A stretch of DNA of 64,000 nucleotides from positions 63,860,001-63,924,000 of the forward strand of contig NC_042998.1 of assembly GCF_006345805.1 (NCBI RefSeq), in the 5' to 3' direction. Positions within the stretch are counted from its first letter, which is position 1. The number at the start of each line of letters is the position of its first letter. This document shows positions 1 to 12,754 of this stretch, piece by piece. A model generated the notes under the pieces. The model had not been told where the DNA came from, ran no database searches, and saw only the letters and a list, made by a program, of their open reading frames with translations. The position numbers and the translations under genes are program-made. The DNA is from Octopus sinensis. Lineage: Eukaryota.

Positions 1-93
<93 letters not shown>

Positions 94-117
94 TAATAAT
101 AATAACAATAATAATAA
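1..117. repeat. (TAA)n microsatellite
   Basis: Nearly pure TAA tandem array, running off the window start. Confidence 0.97.
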
Positions 118-929
118 TTTGTTACTGACTACTAGACTCTAAGACGTTGAGGAGTTACGGATCATTGGTAAGTTAAGTTAGCAAAACTGACGAAATGACA
201 TCGAGAAGAAAGATGAAATTAATAATTAAATAAGTACTAAATAAACACGTAACGATAGCTAGCATCACAGACAATGTAGAACCATCAAGTATGCTCCTCC
301 CTGGTAATATATTTCAGCACTGATTACTGAACACTTAATTTCTTCAATGTGGCAATATTTAATACTAATATTGTAGCGCTTGCATTTAGAAGTACCTGAC
401 TGATAACTTTTTCCATTTTGCATTTCAGAAGTATTCTCAAATGTAGTCTTGCTCATGAGCATGTATTTTGCTCTTCTTGGGGAGAACACATTAGATTATT
501 TAGGTCATAGAAGATACAAACGTCCTTATTCTCTGACAATATCAATGTCTCTGTATTCTGTGGGGTTGGTGGAATCGGTGGTGTTGGAAAAATAAATTGT
601 ATCTTTTATTCAGAATGCACTTTGCATTCTGAGTTCAAATACCACTAAAGTAAACTGAGCTTTTGACTTTATTTGACTAGCAAGCTACTGGGGTCGAGCT
701 AATCATTCAGATTTCAGATTTTTTGTGTTTGTTAGAAAATATATTTATTTTTGTTATGGATTGAGAGAATCATTAAGGAGTAGGAAAGAACTCTTCGCGA
801 CTTTTTGTCCCGGCTGGTAACGTTCTGAATTTAAATACCACCGACGTCAAATTGCGTTTCCTCGATGGAATAAAGTGATTTTTGTACGTTCTGTGTTTAC
901 GGCCGATTCCAATCAATATAACCGAAGTG

Positions 930-1490
930 TTGTAAAGTAGACATAACTTGATTGTCTTACTCTCCGTAGTAAGTTGTTCCAGGCAGTGCAATCTTCTGGA
1001 CTTCATAATTATTAATGACATCCGGCCTACGTGTTTTGAACTTTTCTTTCTTTTCTCCTTTAATCTCAGAGCTTCTGTGAACGCTAGTATTATTTCACTC
1101 TTCTCTATGGTTTTCATAGATGTTCTATGTCGAGAACGTATTGCGATGTCGATAAGATTACACCTTCTCATTTGTCTCTTTTATAATGATGTTACATGTG
1201 TTTGGTTATTATCTGTTAGAATAGATGTGTATATCCCATGTGATGGTGACGTAATTGTGGTCAGTGGCATGTTTGTCTGATGTACATCCAGTTTTCAGTT
1301 GTTTTGATTATATAATTTTGCTTATTTTCTGGTGTAGATAAGCAGTTGCTTTCTAATGACTGTAGAAGATATAATTCAGTATTTGATAACACCAGACAAC
1401 CAGAAACAATGTCCGCGGCAGTATCATAAAATTTTCAAAGATCCTCCATTCTGTATCTGTTTCTTTATTTCAGCAGTCTTATAATATAAA
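930..1490 (-). pseudogene. Degraded C-terminal RLE region of an R4/Dong-type non-LTR retrotransposon
   Basis: Frameshifted minus-strand translation gives DIVSGCLVL, WDIHIYS, IIIKE, CNLIDIAIRS...MKTIEK and EVQKIALPGT. These are collinear with HLISGCKVL, WDFPVHT, VVKD, CLLIDMSIP and EVQKIVLTGT in the copy at 21812-24238. Confidence 0.7.
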
Positions 1491-1634
1491 CAATCTTATA
1501 TATATATTACATGTATTACATATTATTATGGGTGTTCAATGCGCTAGCCACGGTGCTTTGCTTAGTAATAGAGTTTCTATTAAATTCAAATATAATCTAC
1601 GGAGTATATACTCTTTGCTAATAATGACATCACT

Positions 1635-1967
1635 AAAGACAGCGAGCTGGAAGGATGGTTACCTGCCCAAAAATGCTTAGCGGTATTTCGTCCATCTTTA
1701 CTTAATGAGTTTAAATTCTAACGAGGTCGTATTTGCGTCTCATCTTTCCGAGTTCGACAAAATAAGTGAGAGTTGAGTACCGGGTCAGATGTAATCAACT
1801 TAACTCTCCTCCTAGGTTGCTTACCTTGTGACGCAGCGAGCTAGCAGAATCGTTACAGCGCCGAGAAAAATGCTTAGTGACATTCCGTCTTTATGTTCAA
1901 ATTCTGCCAACGCCAATTTCTTTCCTTTCATTCATTCGGGGTTAATAAAATAAATGCCAGTTGTTTC
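1635..1967 (+). mobile_element. Two adjacent degraded tRNA-derived SINEs (family A)
   Basis: Each begins gcgagctggcag/gcgagctagcag...aaatgcttag...gagttcaaattc-like, matching the better-preserved copy at 27148. Confidence 0.75.
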
Positions 1968-2166
1968 CTTATTCCCTGCCACGAAATGTGCGGAAATTTG
2001 GAAACCAACACATGACTACCTCCAAAATTATGCAAATATACCTCAGGTTTAGGATGCGTAAGCCGTTCCATTTATTTTAATCTGTTTGTTTCCAAAGCTC
2101 GTATATTTATAGCATGTTTTTATTTTCAACGTCACCATGTTGTTAATCTTTCTCTACACAGATTTC

Positions 2167-2206
<40 letters not shown>

Positions 2207-2691
2207 CGAAGAAAATGGAGAAGAAATGGATGGAATTACTGATTTGTTTGCATGTTGTAGAAAGATGTTATAATGGTTACCTATATGGAATTAGCTCTTT
2301 CCGAACCCTGAAGAATTCCAACCATAAAATGGTACGTATGTGGCAATTTTCTTGACATCAAGCAACATGCCTGGAAACTCATATCTGCTGGTTGGCTTGA
2401 CAGAAACATATACGTAGGTTCTTCTTACGATTTTTGTGTTAACTTTTTTGAGCTTACAACCTCCAATTTATTTTAATGTTTTTAAAAGAAAAACGTCATC
2501 TTTCTACAACCTCCCAAAAAATCAGTATTTCCATCAATTTATTCTCCATTTTCCTCCTTTTGTCATGTATTTTAATAATCCCAATAATCCAAAACAAATG
2601 ACTTTACCATTATATGATACAGAATGAACCAGTGGAATACCTTGGATTATATAAGCCCTAACGCGGACTTAACTTTCTCGAATTAACTAAC

Positions 2692-2740
<49 letters not shown>

Positions 2741-2742
<2 letters not shown>

Positions 2743-2905
2743 TGCAGGAGTGGCTGTGTGGAAACAAGATTGCTTACCAACCATATGGTTCCATTTTCAG
2801 TCCCACTGCGTAGAACATTATGCACGTGTCTTCTGCTATAGCCTCAGGCCGACCAAAGACTTGTGAGTCGATTTGGTTGACGGAAACTGAAAGAAGCCCT
2901 TTGTT
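2741..2905 (+). mobile_element. tRNA-derived SINE head (family B, CORE-like), followed by a (TA)/(CA) tract
   Basis: gcaggagtggctgtgtgg...ttcagtcccactgcgt...tgtcttctgctatagcctcaggccgaccaaagacttgtgag; homologous to copies at 6723, 33619, 41338, 45425 and 61989. Confidence 0.85.
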
Positions 2906-2930
2906 TATATATACATATACATACATACAT

Positions 2931-3004
<74 letters not shown>

Positions 3005-3639
3005 GTTACCGTTAGTAATGCTTTGCCAATGCTGACCTGTTTGGTTTCCTGATAAGCGGTCTACGTTGATACCTGAGAGACTTATGTTAATGACTATGCC
3101 AGAGTGAGCTGATATATTTCAGATTACGTTCACGTTATCACTCTATTAAATTATGCTCATTTATTTTTCATGTTTCTAATCTCACTTCTATGTAGTTATT
3201 TTCCTTGTACTGATACGAATTCCTGTCTCTGAAAGCTCACAATATGTTATGCCTTAGACTAGGCACCTAGAAATAATGATTACATTTTTTTTCGCGACAT
3301 TCGCATAATGTCTGTTAATATTTCGGTTGGTTAAGTATGAATCTTTTGCAGTTCCTCATAGCAATCATTAAGTTTTGTAGGTTTGTATCTCAAACAAATA
3401 TCTTCAGCACGCAACTCTACAGACGCTGTTGATTCAGAATTATGTGTATCTATATTTTTAAGTATTTTTATATATAGAATATGTTGCAGATTTTTCTGTC
3501 AACATTTAATTTTTAAATTTCCTTTTACACTTTGTTTCATTGCTTCAATAATTACTTTTTAAAGCATAGTCTTCACAGCTGTGTTTTACATTTGGGGTTC
3601 CTTGAAGAATAAAAACAATAATGTTTTGGTTCATTTTTG

Positions 3640-4000
3640 TATGTGTTTGTATTAGTTTCAATCATACTTTGTTGGCTAGATGTCTCTGCGGTATTACAGA
3701 AGATATTTTATAATTAGCTTATAGTTGCAGAAAGTCCGTTATCTTCTCGTAATTATCTTACAAATAATATCTCTGCGTCGACCGTTGAAGGGTGTATTCT
3801 ACATGCAGCCATTGTTAGCCTTGTTCCTGCGTCTAGTCTTTGTCTAGACTTCAAAATTGAATTTCCTTCTAGTTCTGATTGTAACGGAAACATATTATTT
3901 GAAACACCTAGGGTATTGATACCTAACAAGCGGCTGCTGACGTTTAGCTTTGTATTAGGTATTATAATTCTCTTCTTTATTTCTTACCACAAATTTAGCG
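3640..4000 (-). pseudogene. Degraded post-RT (thumb) region of an R4/Dong-type element; possibly the same ancient copy as 930-1490
   Basis: Minus-strand translation KLNVSSRLLGINTLGVS...ELE...RIHPSTVDAEILFVR, compared with ELNARNKVLAINSLAGP...MHHPKADVDRLYLPR in the intact copy. Confidence 0.55.
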
Positions 4001-4681
4001 CGGGTCACTTGATTTAGAGATTTGTTTCACTTCGGTCATTTTCTTATATTGTTGTTTAGTTATTTTATAAGTGTACATATCTGCTTCTACTTTTTTCTCA
4101 TTAGTGTCTTATTGCTAGAGAGAATTCATTTTTTTTTTTTGCTTGTACCGCTATCTATACTTCTTTTGTATATTCGTATTTTCCTTCTGTTTAGATCTTC
4201 TTATAAAAGATGTTATAGAATGTGTCTATTTTATAGACAGATAAGTAGCTAATCAATTTTTTCAAAACATTTTCCTTGAAGGACATTGATGTAGATCGTA
4301 TCTATTTAAGTATGTCAAAGATCGCCATGAATCTTTTTTGTACTGTTCATACTAATTAGCTGTCAAACTTTTATTTAAGAGGGTCTTTCGTTCCTCATTA
4401 GAATTCTATATTCCCACTGTTTCTTTCTGTTTTTTTTTTTGATAATTTCCCATTTTTCATCACATCGATAATACTTCCAAACTAATTTGGTCTGCGAAAT
4501 GTATAATTATACTAATGGCTACCATCGCTTCCTAGGATCGGGGTTATGAAATCCCATCTTTTTTAGTAGGCAACAACTGGTGTTTCTAAGATTGCATGCT
4601 TCATAGATGAGTTGTAGTGCACCTGAGCACTGTACACAATTATTATTATTATTATTATTATAGGGGAAAAGGTGAGGCTAA

Positions 4682-4714
<33 letters not shown>

Positions 4715-4751
4715 ACATATAAATATATATATATATGCATGTGTGTGTGAG

Positions 4752-4784
<33 letters not shown>

Positions 4785-4791
4785 TTGTATA

Positions 4792-5411
4792 TAAATATAG
4801 TAAATAGGGTAATAAAAAATAAATTATTATTACCAGTGACCCAGCACAAAAGACGAACTAGTCATTAGACTATATATTATTCATATAGAAATACAATAAA
4901 TGGCTTCCAAATAAAGAAGCGCTGTGCTAGACACACAAAAAGGGATAAATTCATGAAATGAATGAAAATTAAAAACGTTTACCATTTCAGCTATATCCTA
5001 GACCGACGGTTTCATCTATTTTTAGCAAACAAACAGAATTTATCTGCCAAGGCAAGAATCATCAGTAGGGAGCCTTCGTAATCCTAGCTGTACAGACCGT
5101 TAGAAGCACATGCAAATCTAACGATTTGTATACCCAAACTTTTCAAACCAGTGCGCAGACGCAAATCATACCCGGTGACAGAGAGGATTCCGGTAAAAAA
5201 TTTACGAGCAAATTTAACGAGGAATATTTAAACATAGTAAATAGGGTAATAAAAAATAAATTATTATTACCAGTGACACAGCACAAAAGACGAATTAGTC
5301 ATTAGACTATATATTATTCATATAGAAATACAATCTATTTTAATTTTCATTCCTTTCATGAATTTATCCCTTTTTGTGTGTCTAGCACAGCGCTTGTTTA
5401 TTTGGAAGACC
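4792..5411 (-). mobile_element. Short element with 106-bp direct repeats, 74-bp inverted repeats and an internal hammerhead-like motif (candidate non-autonomous Penelope-like element)
   Basis: Direct repeats at 4792-4897 and 5229-5334 (about 3 mismatches). Inverted repeats at 4902-4975 and 5338-5411. CTGATGA...GAAA...GTC on the minus strand at 4997-5069. Confidence 0.55.
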
Positions 5412-6489
5412 TTTATATCGGTATAGATTAATGACAATCAGTTGAACACAGGGGTTGATCTAATCGGCTTACACCCTCGTCGAAATTGCTGGCCTTGCGT
5501 CAAAACCTGAAACGAATGTAACTATTGCTTGTTTTTAAGTCGGCGGACAGGCCGAGCCCACTGATTCCCTTCTACTAAATTTGAGGACCTTGTACGAAAA
5601 TTAGAAACAATCTTTATTATTATTTTGTTTTAAACAATTTCACGAGAATTACTGGCATGTTCCCCAGTTTGTATATATTGTGTCAGCTGATAGGAAGAAG
5701 CGGTGAAGCAATGAAATATAATTAATTGTCATCTGACTTTTGTATGCACTTCCATTTGTATATTTCTCTTTGAATACGGCTAATTATAATTTTGAATTTT
5801 AATCCGAATGTATAATTGCAGAATTATTATAAGAAACATATATTTCAACAACCGAACTGTCGCATTGCAGACTCTGGTAGCAATTGTTTCCATATCAATA
5901 TATTTGATTGAATTTGAAATAGTTATATAACCTGCTGTAGATTTCTCATGGCGAAACATTCGGAGCATCAGTTAATATGTATGAGTCTGCAGAATAGCTT
6001 GGATAAAACACTCTGTGAATCTTTTAATCTTATTCACAGTTTTTTTTCCTATTAAAGTTATTGGTTGGATTTACAAGCACAATTTAGGAATAAAGGGTAT
6101 TTTAGATAATATTTGCTTTTTCTTTATGTTTCCATTCCCCGAGTTATTGCATATTGGAGCGTATATTTGATGGTTCCAATATCATACGAGTTTATTTCTG
6201 TCAGAAGAATTTACTACCCTTCCTTTAGTTCAAATGGTCTTCTTTTGACGAGAAAGGAAAATTCAGAGTGATGCCGATGATCTGTCTCCTCGCTCAAAGT
6301 GGCCGATTCTGAGCAAGAGAAAGTAAGATCTAGAACACTCAATCCCAGTACATATCCGGTGTCTTATTCATGAAATGAAAACTTTATCCCTCTGGGCAAA
6401 AATATTCTATCTGATGCCCTAATAGCTCCGCCAGTTCGCCACATAAATGTTACTCATAAATGTTACTCATTTTTTCTTTTATTTGTTAC

Positions 6490-6686
6490 ATTCATTTAAC
6501 TGCGTCCATGCTGGAGCACCGTCTGTAGTTGAACAAATCGACCCCAGGACTTATTCTTTGTAAGCCTAGTACGTATTTTACCACCACCACCACTTTTGCC
6601 AAACCGCTAATTTATGGGGGCGTAAAAACACCAGCATCGGTTGTCAAGCGATGGTGGGAAGGGGACAAACATAGACACATATATGA

Positions 6687-6727
<41 letters not shown>

Positions 6728-6897
6728 GGTGAGCTTCGTTCGGTTTAGCTCTACCAAATCCACTCACAAGGTTTTGGTTGGCCCGAGGCTATAGTAGAAG
6801 TCGACACTTGCCCAAGAATGTGCCACGCAGTGGGACTGAACCTGGAACCGCCTGGTTGGTAAGCAAGCTACTTACCACATAGCCACTCCTGTGCCTA
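6490..6897 (-). mobile_element. Full-length family B SINE (tRNA head, internal (TA)n, 3' tail)
   Basis: Head at 6723-6897, microsatellite at about 6685-6722, tail ending ...ggtgctccagcatggacgcagttaaatg on the minus strand. Confidence 0.88.
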
Positions 6898-7384
6898 TTT
6901 CGAATGTTTAAATTTCATATCCACATTATTGGTAAAATTATATTCAGAGTGGATCTTTACAAAATATTTATATTCAGAGTGGGTACTTACAAAATTAACG
7001 ACAGATTAACCCTGAAACTTTGGTGAAAAATGATTTGCAATCTTTTTAGACTCATTATGCCATTAGTCTTTGTGACGAGTTGGACTATCACCTTTCTGAA
7101 AAAAACAATATACTAATCTAGGGCAGAGTATTTCCGAATCTAGGAACTATTCAAAATCGAATCCTTTCTGAGTTCAAATCCAGCTCAGAACGTGACATCG
7201 GGAAATTAAATCGGAAGGGAACATATCTGCAGTGGTTGACGGAGTTCAAGTAGAATAAAGATTGCCATCAACATCATTATCTGCTTCACCACCACAACCA
7301 CCACCACCACCGCCCCCGCCCCGCCGTCACCATCACTACCAAGCTTAGTGGTGCATGAGGAACATGCATGAGGATCAGCTTGTG

Positions 7385-7853
7385 CACGAGGATCGTTGGA
7401 CAATAATCAATAACGTTTTAAATGTTTGGGTGAGGACCATTCCGTGGATGCTACCGGATCTGTGGAATTCTTCCCGATGAAAATGTACTCTGTCATTGCG
7501 TTATCCTCATTCGTGAGCTTTTCCACAAAAACAGCATGGTATCCTCTTCGCACCCGCCGTGTTCACCAGGTTAAACAGCTGCCGACATCCATCTCTTCCC
7601 CAAAATGAAAATTCAGCTCGTAGGTCGTCGTTTTAAAATCGTTCTTGTGATCCAGATGGAACCGTAGAAGATACTCGACTCGTGTACAGAAAATATCTTC
7701 CAGGCCGGATTTCAAAACTGGCAAGAACGCTCGAATCGGTGTATTGCTGGACAAACCGGTTATTTCGAATGAGTTGATGTTAAAACTGCGGTAAAAAGTT
7801 ACTTTTTATTAAACATAACTAGTCCGGAAATTTTTTTTTGATACCACCTCGTA
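7385..7853 (+). mobile_element. Mariner transposon 3' fragment (transposase C-terminus and right TIR)
   Basis: Translation PDLW...ILPDENVLCH...HPPCSPG*TAADIHLFPKMK...GRRF...WQERSNRCIAGQTGYFE* matches the mariner HPPYSPDLAP.DF.LFP motif. Ends tttttgataccacctcg|TA. Confidence 0.88.
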
Positions 7854-8794
7854 CAACCATTCAATCGAATGCAGATTTAAATAAGTAACTAAAACGAAAC
7901 AAATTAACCCGATTCTAAACACAGGTATATTGGACTAATTAATTTAAAATCTTACATGTTAACAAAAAAAATATTTGATTTACAGCGATAGCTGTCTTTG
8001 TTAGTGTTTATAATTTCGTATGATTTAGAAAGAGCATTGATTTACACAATAACATTCGTTTGACCACTGAATCTCGTGATAGTTTCACAAACAAGCAAAA
8101 GCAATTAATGCATGATATATTTTAAGCGAAATATTTGATTTTTAAGAAAGTTATATAAGAGATGAAAAAGAACAAAAAGTAAATAAGCATAATCGCTGCG
8201 TTATGAAGAAAGTAATCCGATAATATATTACGAATAAAACTTCTTAATTACTACGACTATCAGCAATAGTAAATAAATTTAAAACAAATATAACGTATTT
8301 AATCTTATCTGGTTAACGAAGCTTAATTATATTATGTTGGCTTGTTGTGTTATTTATGTTTAGCTTATTCGATTATGTAAAGAAGTTTAGAAATTAATTT
8401 GTTTGCTCGTTATATAAGTTTAGTCATCACAAGATAAATATGGAAAATAAATTGCAAATATACATGAGCAAAAATCAAACTATTGTAAAAATATGTAAAT
8501 ACAAACCAAAATCAAAAATTTAAACAAGACTGCTAAATACTTATATCATATTTCGTGCCAACAAATCTCTCTCTCTCTCTCGCTCTCTCTCTCTCTCATA
8601 TATATGTATATATATATATGGGGGTGTATCAAAATAGAAGTACAAAATACACTGACAATAGTGAAAATAATTTTTAATATATTATTATACATTTTATTAA
8701 TATATATATTTTAACTATTCTCAGTGCATTCCGAACATCTATTCTTCCTATATTTCTACTCGTATGGAATTAAGTAACTTTGTTATATATATAT

Positions 8795-9265
8795 TAATAT
8801 TTATCGCAAGCTAACAAGGCACTCCAGGAAAATAGGACGACTGCTGTCGTTGAGTAGCTTCAACAGGCCATCACCTCTAGCAGGCTATGTTACGAACAAA
8901 CCTGTTTCCATTACAACCTTCAAACAGGGGCGGTCCCCAGCTTCCCCATGCTGGTTCAACATCCACAGACTAGTTTCGGGGTATTTACTCCTTATCATGT
9001 GGAGTAACCGAACCCAGCAGGGGTTGCTGTTGCCTGTCTGTTCGAAAGTTTATTAATATATATTCAGTGGAATACAACCACTAGTTTTCAAAAATAGAAA
9101 TATTATTATTTATAAATTTCTCTAAAGCCGACTACGGCAGCAGTACTGGTTATTAATAGTTATCGCGAAGCTAACATGGCAGTCCAGAAAAATTAGGACG
9201 AATGCTTTAGTTGATTAGATCCAACTGGCCAGCACCTCTAGCTAGCTATGTGACACACAAACCTG
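8795..9265. repeat. Diverged ~110-bp direct repeat pair (8795-8905 and 9153-9265), probably two copies of a dispersed repeat terminus
   Basis: ttatcgc(g)aagctaaca(a/t)ggca...ggcca(t/g)cacctctagc...gctatgt...acaaacctgt occurs twice. Confidence 0.7.
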
Positions 9266-9751
9266 TGCATTTGTGTACATGCGGTAAATCTTGGAGGAGC
9301 TAGTACCTGATTTTGGTATGAAAAGTAATACAAATGCTACAAAGGAAGCAACTGCATAGTACCAAACCACAGTTTACGTCCTCTAAGTGAGGACCAGATA
9401 TTACAATAATTTAAGGTTCTAAGGTCTACAGGTCTTCAACGCTTTGCTGAAAGTTTTTAAGAAACCTACACAAGAAACGTACACATTGTCAAGATAGAAG
9501 TTTCAAACAAAGAATTGAACAAAGAATTGAACACGTCTCTTGTCAGTCAACGTCCTGGCAAAAATTATAGAAGGGAGTAGATGTGTAAAACATTCTCATA
9601 CATCAAATAAGCCAACAACCAGCAAAGAAACGTATGCAAATGTGATGATATGAAGAAACCAAGTGTTACAAATTCGCGGTGGTACCTCAGCATGACTGCA
9701 TTCCCATGAAAGAAAAGCGTAAGAGATTTTGTGTCTGTATGTTTGTATGTA

Positions 9752-9787
<36 letters not shown>

Positions 9788-10185
9788 TGTGGGTGTGTGT
9801 TTCGCAGATACTTAGGGATTAGATGATCAGAAATGGGGCTGCTGAATCATAGAAATCCTTCGACAACTACCTCGGACGCTTTACGGAAGTATAACAAGCA
9901 GCCGAATCCCACTGCAAAAATATGAGGTTCTAGCAGCAAACCTCTCCAACCTGAGTCTGACCACAATGTTCAAGAGCTTCACATCATCTTATGAACCGAG
10001 CCTCAGTCCCTGTTCAAAGATATTTGGAGGCATGACGTTACTTGCACTGGAGACACACCCTAGGACTGCTATCCAATGGGGTAATAATGCTGTATTGAAC
10101 AGGATATAACAAAATAGTTCCTGGTGATGCATATTTTAATGAAATATTCAACCGCAAACACACACACATGTATGTTCATATATAT

Positions 10186-10278
<93 letters not shown>

Positions 10279-10287
10279 CATATATCA

Positions 10288-10341
<54 letters not shown>

Positions 10342-10994
10342 GTATATATACTTACATATATTACCTAGCTACCAATACGCACATATACACACACACTCTC
10401 TCTGTGAGAGCGAGAGAGAGTGTGTGTGTATATGCGCGTATTGGTAGCTAGGTAATTATATGTTTATGTGCGTGTGCACATGTCTTTGTGTAAATATTTT
10501 TCCCGAAGGTAAACTCTGACCAAACACTTGCAACTATTTTTGCATGTAATGATATAGACAAGTTCTTCTTTTCTTGGTTAAATTTATAAGCTATTTGGAG
10601 ACTGTGATTAGTGCTGTGCGAGATTTTTGACTAAATTTAGACAACGCTGGGTTTTTAACGTCTCAATCAACGTCTATATTACATGTTACACATAATGGCA
10701 GATCATAGACGAAAATGGCAAAATACGCAATCATGATGGACTGAAGGCATGTGTCTGCATGGCAGCTAAGCCTTCTGAACACCTGCTGCAAGAGGTTCCC
10801 ATATTTGCCACATCAGTGCAAATGAATGTTAGAACTACAAGCATTGTCCCCATATTAAAGAGAATAGTTAGGCAGTGACATTCCCCTGCCCTCTCTCCTC
10901 CTCCTCATCATCATCAGCATCTTCATCATCATCTGTGAGTATATATGTATTTATGGTTGTCTCTATATGTGTATTTACGTATTTGTGCGTGTGT

Positions 10995-11081
10995 GTGTTT
11001 GCATGTAAGGGTGTTTGCGTGTAAGGGTATTTGCGTGTAAGGGTGTTTGCGTGTAAGGGTATTTGCGTGTAAGGGTGTTTG
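10995..11081. repeat. 16-bp minisatellite (GTRTTTGCGTGTAAGG), about 5.5 copies
   Basis: Direct reading; gtgttt/gtattt variants largely alternate. Confidence 0.92.
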
Positions 11082-11174
11082 TATGGCCATCACTCGAGTG
11101 ACATTCCTTACAGCAATCACCGTATTGTAAGGAATCTGAGGCTGCTGAAACTGACTGCAGAAGGCACTCATATA

Positions 11175-11361
11175 CAATGCGCCGCAACGGGTATGCTGCG
11201 GCACACTGGTGTGCTACGAAACGATGCTAGGTGTGCAGCAGTGTAACCTGAATATAATTTCTTTCCCTATTACTTTTGGTAATATTTTTAGTTCAGGTGT
11301 ATCGCCGAATATAAAAAAAAGTATAAGTGTACCACGTGTGAAAAATGGTTGCGGAGCACTG
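11175..11361. mobile_element. hAT-type MITE (187 bp)
   Basis: TIRs caatgcgccgcaac and gttgcggagcactg; degenerate 8-bp target-site duplication ctcatata / ctctaata; internal gcggcacactggtgtgc motif. Confidence 0.75.
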
Positions 11362-11763
11362 CTCTAATAGAAGAAAAGAAACCAGTGCCCAATCACGGAA
11401 TGGATATAGTTAAGGCATGCGGGGTGCCATGCAGTGGTGCTAACAGGGTGTGAGAATAATTATATTACATATGTATGGCACGTCAGTATTTGAACTTAGA
11501 ATATACTCAATAACATATAGCAGAGAGTATGATGCGACCATATTTCATTTCCGCTCAGCTGAATCCTTAGAACTGCTACTTTGATTTTTATGAAACCCAG
11601 GAAGAATAAAAGACAAAGTTAACATCAGTGGGTTAGAACAGAAATAAGAGAAAATTTGGAACCATACAAGCAGGTATTCTTCTTGGAAAGAAGCTCTGCC
11701 GATACACATTCGCACACATACACATGTATATCACACATGCACAAACACGTGTGTGTGTGTGTA

Positions 11764-11804
<41 letters not shown>

Positions 11805-12019
11805 GTCTGTACATCAAAATACTATATTTAAATATCGACCGCATCAATATTCTTATATGCAAATATATGTATTCTCCATGTTTGGTAAGTGAGTATTATT
11901 CACTGAAAAACATTTTCTCTCGCTGTCATTCCTCATACTCTGAATATTTTTCATTTCTTCGTGAATAAATTTCTTCTTTCCTTTTCTTCTATTTTTTTCA
12001 TTTTCTTTCTCTTCTCATC

Positions 12020-12051
<32 letters not shown>

Positions 12052-12267
12052 CATCATCATCCTCATCGTTGTTGTTATTATTATTTTCCCCATTTCCTCT
12101 TGAATTATGCCTTATATTTATTTTACTTTCTATATTTACATTTTCTTACCATTCTAACCGTCTTTCAATTTTGATTTGTCGTTGACTCGGTACCATTCAA
12201 ATTCAAAATGGATTCTAAATTGCTCCGAACGTATTTTACAAGCTTTGCACATACACCTCAACTATCT

Positions 12268-12324
<57 letters not shown>

Positions 12325-12715
12325 TTTTTGTTCTTGATATGCTTTGGGTTTCATTTATATGTTGTACGTTCTTTTTCGACTCTGGTTCTCCTGTAGCATG
12401 CAAATGCCTCACAGTTTTTTTTCTGCAGATCCCCATTGCAGATTCACTGGCATCAATAACACAAAAGTCAAATGACAGGTAATTATGTTTGTTCAGTCAA
12501 CATGAGTTGAGTGGCAGTGTGCTCCGCCGTGAGGTGCGTCTATAATATGTATGCATGCATACACAGGCACACGCAAACATATACATGAATATATATGTAC
12601 ATGCATATATATACATGTATGGGCACGCATATATATATATATATATACATATGCACTATATTGATGTATATAGATATATATAATATATATGTACACACAC
12701 ACACACATATATATA

Positions 12716-12754
<39 letters not shown>

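Noticed and set aside
10995-11081. CRISPR-like array
   Set aside because: Head-to-tail 16-bp units with no spacers, in a eukaryotic context with no cas genes.
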